A stretch of 47,443 nucleotides of DNA from a virus (IMGVR_UViG_3300024231_001313:1-47443), one strand, 5' to 3'. Shown: positions 1 to 9,700, counted from the first letter of the stretch. Numbers and translations: made by a program. Notes: generated from the sequence alone by a model not told the origin.

Positions 1-402
1 GGCAGAGAAGGTAATTGTTGAACCAGTAGCGACATCTACTCTATTAGTCGGTGTTCCATCAACGTAGATTTCGGTCGGTGTGTCATTTGCTGTGGTGCCT
101 GAAAGTGTAGTGCCAGAAGGGCCTCCAACTTCCCAAGTAACGTTGCCAGCGCCATCTGCTGTCGCTACAGTTCCATCGGCGGCGAGTGCGGAATCAAGAT
201 CTGCAACAGTGTGTGTATGAGAAATCGGCGCATAAGTTGCGGCGATGTCCGTGATCTCTGAAACCGTGTGAGTGTGAGCTGGAGGCGCAGACTCGAGCGA
301 TCCGAGCCTACTCTCTGCGTCAGTGACGTTTGCATTAATTGTATCCACGCAATCTTGGTGCGTAGATACTCCAGGGGTCGGATTAAAAGGTGTTTGGGCC
401 AT
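1..402 (-). CDS. Tail fibre protein, N-terminal part (runs off the window; not in the ORF track)
   Basis: ATG at 402, open to base 1: MAQTPFNPTPGVSTHQDCVDTINANVTDAESRLGSLESAPPAHTHTVSEITD...SHTHTVADLD... Two HTHTV motifs typical of tail-fibre repeats; Thr/Gly/Ala-rich; higher GC than the rest of the window. Confidence 0.75.
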   Translation of the reverse strand, partial: MAQTPFNPTPGVSTHQDCVDTINANVTDAESRLGSLESAPPAHTHTVSEITDIAATYAPISHTHTVADLDSALAADGTVATADGAGNVTWEVGGPSGTTLSGTTANDTPTEIYVDGTPTNRVDVATGSTITFSA

Positions 403-479
403 TGGTTTAAATTATTTTTGTATTTCCGTTGTTATCTGTTGATATTTGTGGTCTAGTTGATATTTTAGCAATTATTGAA

Positions 480-968
480 TCAAGCTACTAGTGATGCGGC
501 TAGAAATATAGCGTCAACTTCCTCATCAGTAAGACCTAATGCTGCTTGCATTATTGCTATACGATCATTGTTACGCCTAAAAACGGCAGCGTGGTGCCAC
601 CAATCATACATTTTCTTTTTATCAATGATTTCTTGATCTGTAGTTTCAGGCATTGCCGCAATAATATTGTCGACTGAATCATGAAGACCCTCGTCAATCA
701 AGGCGTCTCTCATTTGAATGTTTGTAACTTCTTCTATAGGTGCCTCAACAATATCCTCCAGTTTCCAGCCGTATGATTCCGTCGTCAATTCTCTAACGTA
801 ATACTGACCTTCTGGAGCGTCGTCTGGCATTGGCAAGTTTTCGACATAATCGTAACCATCTGGCGTAGATGGTGCAGCAGCATCCCTAGTCAAAGATGAC
901 GGAAGACCATCAACACTTGAGTATTGAAGCTTTAATGGGCTTAGTTTAATTAATTGATAAGTTTTCAT
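480..968 (-). CDS. Hypothetical phage protein, possible tail-fibre assembly chaperone
   Basis: C-terminal pattern (QMRDAL..GL...W..A..FRR.....MQAALGLTDEEVDAIF..A) resembles small proteins found next to tail fibres; lies between two fibre-like genes. Confidence 0.5.
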   Translation of the reverse strand: MKTYQLIKLSPLKLQYSSVDGLPSSLTRDAAAPSTPDGYDYVENLPMPDDAPEGQYYVRELTTESYGWKLEDIVEAPIEEVTNIQMRDALIDEGLHDSVDNIIAAMPETTDQEIIDKKKMYDWWHHAAVFRRNNDRIAIMQAALGLTDEEVDAIFLAASLVA

Positions 969-982
969 TTTAAAATAAATTT

Positions 983-1405
983 TTATGTTGCATCACTGAC
1001 ATACAAATAAAGTATTGAACCGTTGTAATACCATCCTATTGTAGCCACCCCAGTAGTTGGCGTTATGGCAGCTATATCAGCCAAATCTCCCGCTAAAACT
1101 ATATGAGATCCTACGGACCAAGTCCAAGAACCAGTAGTATCTTGTGTAACCTCAATTAAACCAGAGTCTCCATCGCTAACGTTTATAATGGAAATGTCAG
1201 TAATATCCTCGAAAAGCTCTACTGAAACGTTACCGCCGAGAGATTTATCAAAAGGCAAGACCCCACCAGAAGAAGTCGAGACTTGAGGCGTTACAAGTTC
1301 AAGTGCGCCGAGTCTTGACTCTGCATCGGTTGCGTTACCGTTCCATACAGTCCTTGCATTTAAGTGGGTTTCTGTCCCAGTAGGGGTAAAAGTGTTTTGT
1401 GCCAT
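983..1405 (-). CDS. Short tail-fibre-like virion protein
   Basis: N-terminus MAQNTFTPT...TH...NGNATDAESRLGALE parallels the ORF starting at 402; the C-terminus is beta-rich. Confidence 0.55.
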   Translation of the reverse strand: MAQNTFTPTGTETHLNARTVWNGNATDAESRLGALELVTPQVSTSSGGVLPFDKSLGGNVSVELFEDITDISIINVSDGDSGLIEVTQDTTGSWTWSVGSHIVLAGDLADIAAITPTTGVATIGWYYNGSILYLYVSDAT

Positions 1406-1433
1406 TTTTTATATATTTTCTTTAAATTGTTAG

Positions 1434-1631
1434 TTAATCACAGATAGGCCAAATTTCATTGTTGTCCCAGGTTTCGTTGTTGTACCATACATCGTCGCAA
1501 CCATCCAACCAAACACAATCATCGTCCCATGTTACGTTATCCTTCCAGAGCCCAAGGCAACAGCCAGTAGCTAAGACGACAGCTACAAACCTTCTTCTTA
1601 TGGTGTTGCCTAGTAATCTTAAGGTTCTCAT
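1434..1631 (-). CDS. Small Trp/Asp-periodic protein, probably virion-associated
   Basis: Abuts the upstream ORF. Basic N-terminus, then W at spacings 6,6,8,6,6 in an acidic tail; the motif is shared with ORF 11586-13277. Confidence 0.6.
   Translation of the reverse strand: MRTLRLLGNTIRRRFVAVVLATGCCLGLWKDNVTWDDDCVWLDGCDDVWYNNETWDNNEIWPICD
1445..1507 (-). repeat. 63-bp repeat, copy A (inverted relative to 12070-12132)
   Basis: Its reverse complement matches 12070-12132 at 58 of 63 positions by manual alignment. Confidence 0.95.
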
Positions 1632-1880
1632 TTAGTCTGCGTAATATACGATAGCGTCTCCAGTAATTTGTATAGAGGTCCATTCTCCGACTATAACATC
1701 GCCAAGAACAATATCGGCTCCAACGAAATTACCTATACTCCCTACAGTGCCAGCTCCGATTACGCAGTCACTAAGAGCATGAATAGCCATGAACTTACCA
1801 GTGACTGTAGTATCGATAATTCTTTCTCCGCCGTAGTGACCTACTTGTTTTAAAAGGGTGGATTGTGTTGATGTGGACAT
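1632..1880 (-). CDS. Hypothetical beta-rich protein, probably virion-associated
   Basis: 82-aa ORF rich in Gly/Ile/Val/Thr; first gene of the minus-strand fibre cluster; preceded by GTGTA-N9-ATG. Confidence 0.65.
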   Translation of the reverse strand: MSTSTQSTLLKQVGHYGGERIIDTTVTGKFMAIHALSDCVIGAGTVGSIGNFVGADIVLGDVIVGEWTSIQITGDAIVYYAD

Positions 1881-1896
1881 ACAAATACATACACAA
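1881..1896 (-). promoter_or_regulatory. Candidate phage late promoter (GTGTA motif)
   Basis: TTGTGTA ending 9 nt before the ATG at 1880; the same spacing occurs at three other operon starts. Confidence 0.5.
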
Positions 1897-1905
1897 AAAA
1901 CAAGA

Positions 1906-1942
1906 TCATGACAAATATTTCATGACAAATATTTCATGACAA
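1906..1942. repeat. 14-bp tandem repeat (TCATGACAAATATT x2.6)
   Basis: Copies at 1906-1919 and 1920-1933, partial copy at 1934-1942; each begins with the palindrome TCATGA. Confidence 0.9.
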
Positions 1943-2168
1943 CTCTTCCAACATTTTTCTTTTCGTCAGAAATAAAACCTTTAAGAAAAACATCAGAATC
2001 AACAAGCTCTATTGATTTAACATCAAAAACCAACCTTTGATCGTCAAGAAATAGTTCTTTTAAATAACCTGTCTTTATTAAAAAACCGCAATCACCAGAT
2101 AATATCTTGCCGTCTAGGTGTTTTGTTAAGCTATTTGTTCCTATTATTTTTAATTTGCAACTCTTCAT
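1920..2168 (-). CDS. Hypothetical protein
   Basis: 82-aa ORF overlapping its upstream neighbour in an operon-like run. Confidence 0.6.
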   Translation of the reverse strand: MKSCKLKIIGTNSLTKHLDGKILSGDCGFLIKTGYLKELFLDDQRLVFDVKSIELVDSDVFLKGFISDEKKNVGRVVMKYLS

Positions 2169-2673
2169 AGTGCTTTTTTATTTCGTCTTTTGGAAAGTAA
2201 ACTCTATCTATACCATCATCTTCGCTGTCACAATACCTTACCTTTAAGTGTCTTTTAAGCCAATTTCTGTAATTAGATTTTTTAAACACCCTCTCTATGT
2301 CTCCGTATATTTCATTTACACCAAAAAAATCAAAGGCTTCTAGCATTTCTTTGTAAAAACAAAGCCCGACATGTAGCGGACCAAGCCTTCTTGTTGCCTG
2401 ATTGGGGAAAGCATAGCTTAGATTTATACCATCTTTTTCTTTTTTGAAGAAGGTGAAAAACATATACTCTTCTTTATCAAGAACGCATAAACTTAAATCG
2501 CTATCCCTTAGATCATCCATTAAAGATTTTGAACCTTCAATTCTAGAAGACATGCTCTTCATAGAAGCTGCATCGCCATAAGGGAAAGATTTTAAATAAT
2601 AAAAAGAAAATAGTCTTTGAAATTCTTTGTCATCAAAATCTACCTTTTTTAATTTTAGTTTTATAAATTTCAT
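2131..2673 (-). CDS. Hypothetical protein, possible divergent GNAT (RimJ/RimL-like) fold
   Basis: Paralogous to the adjacent ORF; EAFDFFGVNEIYGDIER recalls the C-terminal segment of RimJ/RimL acetyltransferases. Confidence 0.4.
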   Translation of the reverse strand: MKFIKLKLKKVDFDDKEFQRLFSFYYLKSFPYGDAASMKSMSSRIEGSKSLMDDLRDSDLSLCVLDKEEYMFFTFFKKEKDGINLSYAFPNQATRRLGPLHVGLCFYKEMLEAFDFFGVNEIYGDIERVFKKSNYRNWLKRHLKVRYCDSEDDGIDRVYFPKDEIKKHYEELQIKNNRNK

Positions 2674-3172
2674 GTACTTCTTTTACATCATTTTTTGTAA
2701 CAGTAAATTCTGGGTATCTCTTACCTCTTACATGTTTAACCTTAATTCTATTAAGGGAAGCTCTCTCTAGATAATTAAAGTATTTATTCGCATTGTGGCC
2801 TCTTTCTAAAGATGCAAAAACTTTATCTAAATTTAACGAATCCAAAGCGTAATCAAGGATGCAAAGGATACAGTAAAAATTTTCAATAATGCTCAATTTT
2901 GATTTTAAACTGGGACAACAAAAATCAATCATTAATGTTTTTTCTGACTCGTCAACGGTACCAAATAATATAAAGGCCAATTCATTGTTTTTATCTTTCA
3001 TGCAATAAGAATTACTGCAGTCTTCTTTTAAATCAACAAATAATCCGCGAGCTCTACTCTCGAGTCTTACTTTAGAGTTACTAACGAACCCGTTGAATGG
3101 GTTTGATTCCGATAAAAAATCACGGAAACATTCAAAAACGGACTCGTCTTCAAAATCTAAATTAGATATCAT
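2633..3172 (-). CDS. Hypothetical protein, possible divergent GNAT fold (paralogue of 2131-2673)
   Basis: Start moved to ATG 3172 (MISNLDFED), giving 179 aa versus 180 aa for the paralogue and removing most of the overlap; DYALDSLNLDKVFASLER motif. Confidence 0.4.
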   Translation of the reverse strand: MISNLDFEDESVFECFRDFLSESNPFNGFVSNSKVRLESRARGLFVDLKEDCSNSYCMKDKNNELAFILFGTVDESEKTLMIDFCCPSLKSKLSIIENFYCILCILDYALDSLNLDKVFASLERGHNANKYFNYLERASLNRIKVKHVRGKRYPEFTVTKNDVKEVHEIYKTKIKKGRF

Positions 3173-3368
3173 TTTTGTTTTGTTTATTGGGGTATATTTT
3201 AACTGAGGATTCCGTATTGCTGGAATCGTCAAGACAAACCTTGTAAACCTCTCCGTTTGTAAGGTTTGCGCAGTCAACAGCCCAAGAATAACCGCCTGAA
3301 ATTGAGTCCGAATAACTTTGCTGATACTTACCTTTTCTATCTAACACTCTATAAATAATATTGCTCAT
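3162..3368 (-). CDS. Hypothetical protein
   Basis: 68-aa ORF with an A-rich leader, downstream of a TTGATA...CATAAT sigma70-like element. Confidence 0.6.
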   Translation of the reverse strand: MSNIIYRVLDRKGKYQQSYSDSISGGYSWAVDCANLTNGEVYKVCLDDSSNTESSVKIYPNKQNKNDI

Positions 3369-3461
3369 TTTTATTTTTTTGTATACTTATATTATGGTAA
3401 AAAAAACATTAATATCAAATTAAATTTTTAAAAATCAATTTTATGCATTACTATATAGAAA

Positions 3462-3477
3462 TAGTGTAATAAAAACC
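3462..3477 (+). promoter_or_regulatory. Candidate phage late promoter (GTGTA motif)
   Basis: TAGTGTA ending 9 nt before the gpL ATG at 3478. Confidence 0.5.
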
Positions 3478-5622
3478 ATGGAGAAAGGCAAAGACAAGGC
3501 GGCAAGGGCTCTATTTGAAATAGAACCAACGGCACTTATTGAGTTATATAGAATATATCCAGATGTAGAAAAAAAGCCTGAATCTTATTTTAATATACAT
3601 AACGGTTCTGTTTTTGGAGGAGGAGTAATATGGCAAGGTGAAACTTACGCCCCGATACCAATGGAAACAGAAGGGTTTTCTGTTTCCGCATCTAAAGTAA
3701 ACAGACCTTTAATTAGAATATCTAATAAAGATTTTTTTGTAACGAGCTTAATAAAAAATAACAATGATTTTGCAAATGCGAGGGTAGAAAGAAGAAAAAC
3801 CTTTGTAAAATTTTTAGATGATGAGAATTTTGATGGGGGAAACCCTTTTGGGGAGTCAGATGCCACCGCCAATGTATCCGTTGATTTTTACTTAGTGTCT
3901 CAAAAAAGACAAGAAAACAAAGTATTTGTAGAGCTTGAACTCACAAGCCCATTAGATATAGAAACCTTAGAATTAAACAATAGAAGGATATTAGGCAAAT
4001 ACTGTTATTGGAAATATAGAGGTCCTGGATGCGAGTACCAAGGAATACCAATAGAAAGAGACGATTCAAGGGAGTTTACAAATACGGATGGCTCACCGTT
4101 AACTGTTCAATCAAAGCAAAAAACAAAAAATCTTGGTAGGAGCTTCCATAAGATGCCAAATTTTAATTACAACAATCCAAATGATCTTTATTCTTTGGAT
4201 AGTTTTTACTACAGGGGTTCTATTGTATTTAAAGTTAATCAAAAAGTAAGAATTCAAGACCCAAGAGATCCAGAAGCTTTTCGACCCCTTTTAACTTACT
4301 ACGTAGCTAGAAAATTTGTACCAAGAGGAATCGATCCAGAATCATATCCCGAATACTGGGAGAGAGATGGGTGCGGAAAAAAAATAGCACAGTGCAAAAA
4401 GAGATTCACAAAAATAGAATTAGTAAACTCGTTTAGTTTTAGTGAGGTTTACCAGCAGCGATTCTGGAATATACAAGAAGCTAGCAAGCTTCATATGACT
4501 TATATTAGACCAAAAAATAATGCTAACACTTATAACAAAAAAATATTAAACGCTCTTACATTAAACTCCAAAAGCTTCGGAGCTGGTTCTGACTGCAACT
4601 CTGGAGGAAATGACACATCCTTAACAAAAGCATTTACACTTAGTATCCATATAGCTGAAACTTTTGGAAGGCAAGCTGAATCAGCAGGTAATGATGAGGT
4701 GGCTAATGGACCACCAGTGATCAATCTGTTTAAAACAAGCAATAGGACAGACGGGCTGAAGTATTTTGAAATAGGAATGTCAAGAGAAAGGGGCACTATA
4801 GTATTGCTAACAAGCTCTAGATCTCCGAGTATAGCATGCGGCCTCGTACAAAATACTATAGAGTTAATACCTAATATTAAATTGGTTAATGAGAATGTTG
4901 ATCTTTTTCATTGTCAAGATTTGCTTCTAACAATTTCAAAAAGAACGGTAAATGGTAACTTTGTCATAGAAACTCAATTATCTGGAATAAACAAAGGAGA
5001 AGCTCAAGGAGGTACTGGAGCGAATAGGTTTTTTGAATTAGAAAATAATATTACTCTAGAAAATATAGATACAACAGGTACTGATCGCATAGTTATGTTT
5101 GGGGGTTCTTCAAGAAGATATCTTAAAGGCTCAGAATATATTTATGATTGGACTCACTCAAGGATGAATGTGGCTACTGTTGCCTTTTGGGACAAATACA
5201 TAAGTAAGTATGCTTTTTCAGAGATGCTTGGCGAAAGAGTTTATAACGATCAATTGTCATCAAAAATAATTAAAAAATACGACACTCTTGAGGATTTTAT
5301 TGATAACGCTGGAAGCCATCCAATAAAATCATGTATTTCGTTTTGGCAGGAACCTTATTTTAAAAGCAATAACTGGTATGTGAAAGAACATAGACACGGC
5401 AATGACCTGCTAGTTAAAGGCAATGATAAGGGGTGGGCGGGAAATAGTAGAACATTTAATTACTGGCCAAGTAATAAAGTTTACGCAGCTGGGTACGATT
5501 TCTTAGGAGGTTTTACAGAAATAGAAGCGAATACAAAATCAAGCATCCAAAGGTTAGAAAATGTAGGAGGTATGCCTTTTGGAGGTTTCCCTGGAACAGA
5601 CGGATATAGTTATACAACTTAA
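3478..5622 (+). CDS. Minor tail protein L (lambda gpL-like tail-tip protein) with large insertions
   Basis: ALIELY, WQGETYAPIP, RRKTFVKFLD..NF, ELELTSPLD, CYWKYRGPGC, DGCGK...CKKRF (four Fe-S Cys) and terminal PFGGFPG; first gene in L-K-I-J order. Confidence 0.9.
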   Translation: MEKGKDKAARALFEIEPTALIELYRIYPDVEKKPESYFNIHNGSVFGGGVIWQGETYAPIPMETEGFSVSASKVNRPLIRISNKDFFVTSLIKNNNDFANARVERRKTFVKFLDDENFDGGNPFGESDATANVSVDFYLVSQKRQENKVFVELELTSPLDIETLELNNRRILGKYCYWKYRGPGCEYQGIPIERDDSREFTNTDGSPLTVQSKQKTKNLGRSFHKMPNFNYNNPNDLYSLDSFYYRGSIVFKVNQKVRIQDPRDPEAFRPLLTYYVARKFVPRGIDPESYPEYWERDGCGKKIAQCKKRFTKIELVNSFSFSEVYQQRFWNIQEASKLHMTYIRPKNNANTYNKKILNALTLNSKSFGAGSDCNSGGNDTSLTKAFTLSIHIAETFGRQAESAGNDEVANGPPVINLFKTSNRTDGLKYFEIGMSRERGTIVLLTSSRSPSIACGLVQNTIELIPNIKLVNENVDLFHCQDLLLTISKRTVNGNFVIETQLSGINKGEAQGGTGANRFFELENNITLENIDTTGTDRIVMFGGSSRRYLKGSEYIYDWTHSRMNVATVAFWDKYISKYAFSEMLGERVYNDQLSSKIIKKYDTLEDFIDNAGSHPIKSCISFWQEPYFKSNNWYVKEHRHGNDLLVKGNDKGWAGNSRTFNYWPSNKVYAAGYDFLGGFTEIEANTKSSIQRLENVGGMPFGGFPGTDGYSYTT

Positions 5623-5625
5623 AAA

Positions 5626-6069
5626 ATGGAGATATACAAAACAAAACAAATAAAACGCGCCATAGATAAAATATCTGAAATATCAGAGTCAAAGGTTTCT
5701 CAGGAAGTGTGCGGTTTATTAGGCAAAAAGAAAGACTATTATGTAATACAAGAGTGTATCAACATATCGGAAACCCCTAGAGACCAATTTGTACTTGATC
5801 CAATACAATATGTTTTATTTAAAAATGAATACGAACCAATAGCTTTATTCCATAGCCATATAGTTGGAGATGAAAGTCCTTCTGATTATGATGTTTTAAT
5901 GTCTGAAAATAGCTGTTTACCATTTATGATATACTCCTTAAATACCAAAGCTTTTTATATTCATGTTCCCAAGAATTTAGATGTTGATATAGAATTAGTT
6001 AAAAAAACCCAATACAAAATAGAAGAAAATAAATATGACGAATATAAAAATATACGGAATAATGTCTAA
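5626..6069 (+). CDS. Tail assembly protein K-like JAB/MPN metalloprotease (no NlpC/P60 domain)
   Basis: EVCGLL...HSH.....PS..D JAMM motif; lies between gpL and gpI. Confidence 0.88.
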   Translation: MEIYKTKQIKRAIDKISEISESKVSQEVCGLLGKKKDYYVIQECINISETPRDQFVLDPIQYVLFKNEYEPIALFHSHIVGDESPSDYDVLMSENSCLPFMIYSLNTKAFYIHVPKNLDVDIELVKKTQYKIEENKYDEYKNIRNNV

Positions 6070-6748
6070 AACCTTCGGAGAAGAAATAGATCTGAAGGTG
6101 GGATCTATAAATCATCTTTTCGATGCTATAGATGCTAATAGGCCTGGTTTTATACAAAAAATCAATAAGCTGGCAAAGCTTGGCTTCCATTACGCTTTGA
6201 TCATAGATGGCAAAAGAGTTAAAGATTTTAAGAGACCAAGTGTTGTTAAAAACCCCAAAAAGATAGAGATAGTTCCATTGATTGCTGGTAATGGACTAGT
6301 TGCTGGAATCGTTGCGGGAGTTGTTTCAGTAGTCTCAACAGTGGCCGCAGCTGTAGGTGCTGTGTTTGGAGCTATAGGTGCAGGTCTTGGTGCTTTAGGG
6401 GCAGCTATTGCTTCTGGTGGAGCCTTGGCCAACTTCGCTCTTTTTGTTGCTGGAACCGCTCTTTCGATGTTGCTAGCTCCTTCTCCTGATTTTCCAGACG
6501 CAGTACAACAAAAAGTATCTACAGCTGGGTTAGAAAGGTCATTCGCTTTTGCGAACAGAAGTAACGTAGCAAGTCAGGGTTCTCCAGTACCAATTGGTTA
6601 TGGCAGGTTGAAATTGGGCTCGCAGGTAATACAAGCATCATTAAAAGCATTCCCTCAAAACGTTTTACCTCAAGAAGCTATGGTTAGAAATCCATATAAT
6701 TCTGCTGGAGATATAGCACAAACAGATACAGTAACAGAAGTAACATAA
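6035..6748 (+). CDS. Tail assembly protein I (ubiquitin-like N-terminal domain)
   Basis: IKIYG...FG...IEIVPLIAG beta-grasp pattern, Gly/Ala-rich hydrophobic stretch, and the motif NVASQGSPVPIGYGRLKLGS. Confidence 0.88.
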   Translation: MTNIKIYGIMSKTFGEEIDLKVGSINHLFDAIDANRPGFIQKINKLAKLGFHYALIIDGKRVKDFKRPSVVKNPKKIEIVPLIAGNGLVAGIVAGVVSVVSTVAAAVGAVFGAIGAGLGALGAAIASGGALANFALFVAGTALSMLLAPSPDFPDAVQQKVSTAGLERSFAFANRSNVASQGSPVPIGYGRLKLGSQVIQASLKAFPQNVLPQEAMVRNPYNSAGDIAQTDTVTEVT

Positions 6749-6749
6749 A

Positions 6750-9700
6750 ATGAAGCATTTCGAAAAAAAGGCAAGTTATGCTGGGTCAAAAAAAGGAGGA
6801 GGAAAGCCGCCACCTCCAAAACCACCAGTACTAAGGCCACCTAAATTAGGGAGTTATAAAATAGGAGCTTCTTATCAGTTTTCCGAAAGTGTTGATTTAA
6901 TATCTGACGGGCCGATAGAGGGTTTTTGTAATAAATTTGGAACGATTGTCGATTCAAGGAATTTGCTTCAATCTGTTTATTTGAATGATGTCCCAGTAGA
7001 AGAAAGTACTCAACCAGCAAAAACAAGAGTTACAGATACAGATTTTGAAGTTGGAAACTTAGATTTCTCTTTAAGAGTAAAAAGTCTTTTTGAAAGTTTA
7101 AAAGAAGGTGGGCCTGGTTCGCTAAATTACGACCGAGTAAAGAAAAGAAATATTAAATATTCAATTGCAAAAAAGTCAGGTGGAAAAAGGAAGAGAATCA
7201 GCACGACAGAGTACGACTTTAACTGGAATATAAATCTATCAACATCCGTATCTACAACGCCTGGATATTTACCTTTGTCTCACTGGCAGAACGTAGGTTT
7301 TGAATCCTATCGCAACGACGGCAAACTATATAAAATCTACGGCAAACAAAATAGATTTTATACTTACAACGGCAGCATAAATCAAAACTATAATCAACCG
7401 CTTTATTTAGAACAAAGATTTTTTGAAAACAGATCTGCTAACAGAATTAAAGATCAACGATTCAATAGTGTAACTGGTGGTTTTATTTTTGATTTTCAAA
7501 AGTCAATATCAAGAATAAATCAAGATTGTTTTAGAGGGCCGTCTCGACTCAAGTTACAAAAATCGCAGTGCGACAGACCAAACGTTGATTATGCTACTTG
7601 CTTGGAAGACTATACAGAAAACGGAAATCCAAAATCAGTAGACGCAGTTTGTCATAGAGGAGCGTATCAAATACAAGCTGTATGGGCTAATCAACAATCA
7701 AACAAATGGGAATATCAATACCTGAAGAAAAAATTACAGTCCTTAAATGTAAAAATACCAGCTGGTGGTGTTACTTTTGATTTTATAAAACAAATAGTTT
7801 CATCCAGAAATGCAGGTACTCCTCAATTTGCAACACGTTTTACTGGACAATCACAAGAAAATCTACTTGGGCCTTATATTGCTTTTGGATTTACAGGTGT
7901 AATAGAAGGCTTCACTGCTTCTGATAAGGATATTTTTGTGCAAGATGCCATTGTCCGAAGACATGAAATAGATTTCGTTTGTAATTTAGACGATCCAAAA
8001 TGGAACGACAGGCAAAAAAGAGTAGTAAATCTATTAATACCAGAATTAAACCCAGAAAGTGGAGAGTGGAATGGTAAAGTTAAAGGTTTCTATTTACACA
8101 ATTTTGAATACGAAACTAAAACTAAAAGTGGAGTTCTTGCTAGCAGGTCGCCACAAGGAGCGAGGATAGATGCAGTTGGCGAGGTTTACAATACAAACAT
8201 AATAGAGAATGACGTTGCTTTTTATAGAAACGTAAATTCACTAACTGTTTACAAGGTAAACTCATCTAATTTAGATAGCACACCAAAATACAACTACCTT
8301 AATATACTGGCTGAATCTAGATTGGGGGATGGACCACAACAACAAAAACCTCTTTCGTTTTTTAAACATGTTTATTTAGATAAAGACATAAGAAAAGCGT
8401 TAGTTGGACCATTTACGACCAACCCTGCTCAAAGACAACAGTCATTAATAAACTGGACTCTCGACGCTATATATAAGGATGCCAATGGCCACCTAAAACA
8501 AAGATCTTTACATGTAGCCGACAAGGAAAATACAAGTATCTATGGTCCTTATAGAGTTCCTTACGACACTGCAATCCCTGGAATGAAAAGAAATCCAGAC
8601 ACAAACGAACAAGAATGGCTGAGAGCGTTAGAAGAGGGAAGTAAAGATATCAGACAATCAAGCAAAAATTATTTCAACTTCTCAGACTGGAACAGTTACA
8701 AAGAAAACTTCGACGAACAAGCTCAGCCAATAACACATGTTATATCAAATCCAAACGTTGATGAATGTTACGTTACTTTTGGAATAGAGGCTTTAGTAGA
8801 CTCTCTTCATAGAGATCAAACACAGCAGGACGGAAGAGGAGATTACCTTGGCTCACCTATACCAGGAATATTAAATATAAGAATAGAGGTAGGATATATA
8901 AGTCCTAAGGGAGGCGATGAGGAAGGGAAATTTGTAAGGACTTATGATAGATTTTTCAGAATTGTTTCCCTAATCGAAGGGACGGCAGCTTTAGATATAG
9001 GCAACCCAGACAATAGAGAATCTTTGGTTGAACTAAACTATGTAAAGGAGATGTATAGAGATGAGGGAGGTTCTGAGAGTAATTATTCTGGAGGAGTAGG
9101 CGACCCTTTTGAACTTCCATCAGCTGTATATAATAGTAGCTATTCATACGAAGAACTTCACAGGGAAAGATATATAAGAATAACAAAGCTTTCTACAGAA
9201 GGAAACTCTTCATTAATAACCAAGGCAATCAACGTAGCTAAAGTTACAGAAATAATACCTCTTACCTTTAATTATCCTTATTCAGCCTTTATGGCAACCA
9301 AATTGGACTCAAGAACGTTTGGGCAAATACCAGCTAGAAGTTATGACGCCAGGCTAAAAAGAGTCAAGATACCATCAAACTATTCTCCATTAAATAGGGA
9401 TGGTTCAGATAAAAGATATTGGAGTAATGCAGATGAGCTGAAAAAAGCTGGTCAAATATCGACCACAAGAGTATACAATGGAGACTGGGACGGAACCTTT
9501 AAAATAGGTTGGACCGATAATCCTGCATGGATATTGTATGATATGTTAACAAGTACAAGATACGGTTTAGGTGAACACTTAAAGCCAGAAAACATTAACA
9601 AATGGCAACTATACAAAATAGCAAGGTTTTGTGACGCAGTAGATTCGGACGGTTATTTTGTTGGCGTTTCAGATGGATTTTCTAAAAGCGGAAAAGCCAC

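Noticed and set aside
5626-6748. Bil/CBASS-like ubiquitin defence system
   Set aside because: JAB and Ubl are in the standard L-K-I-J tail order, with no E1 or E2 genes.
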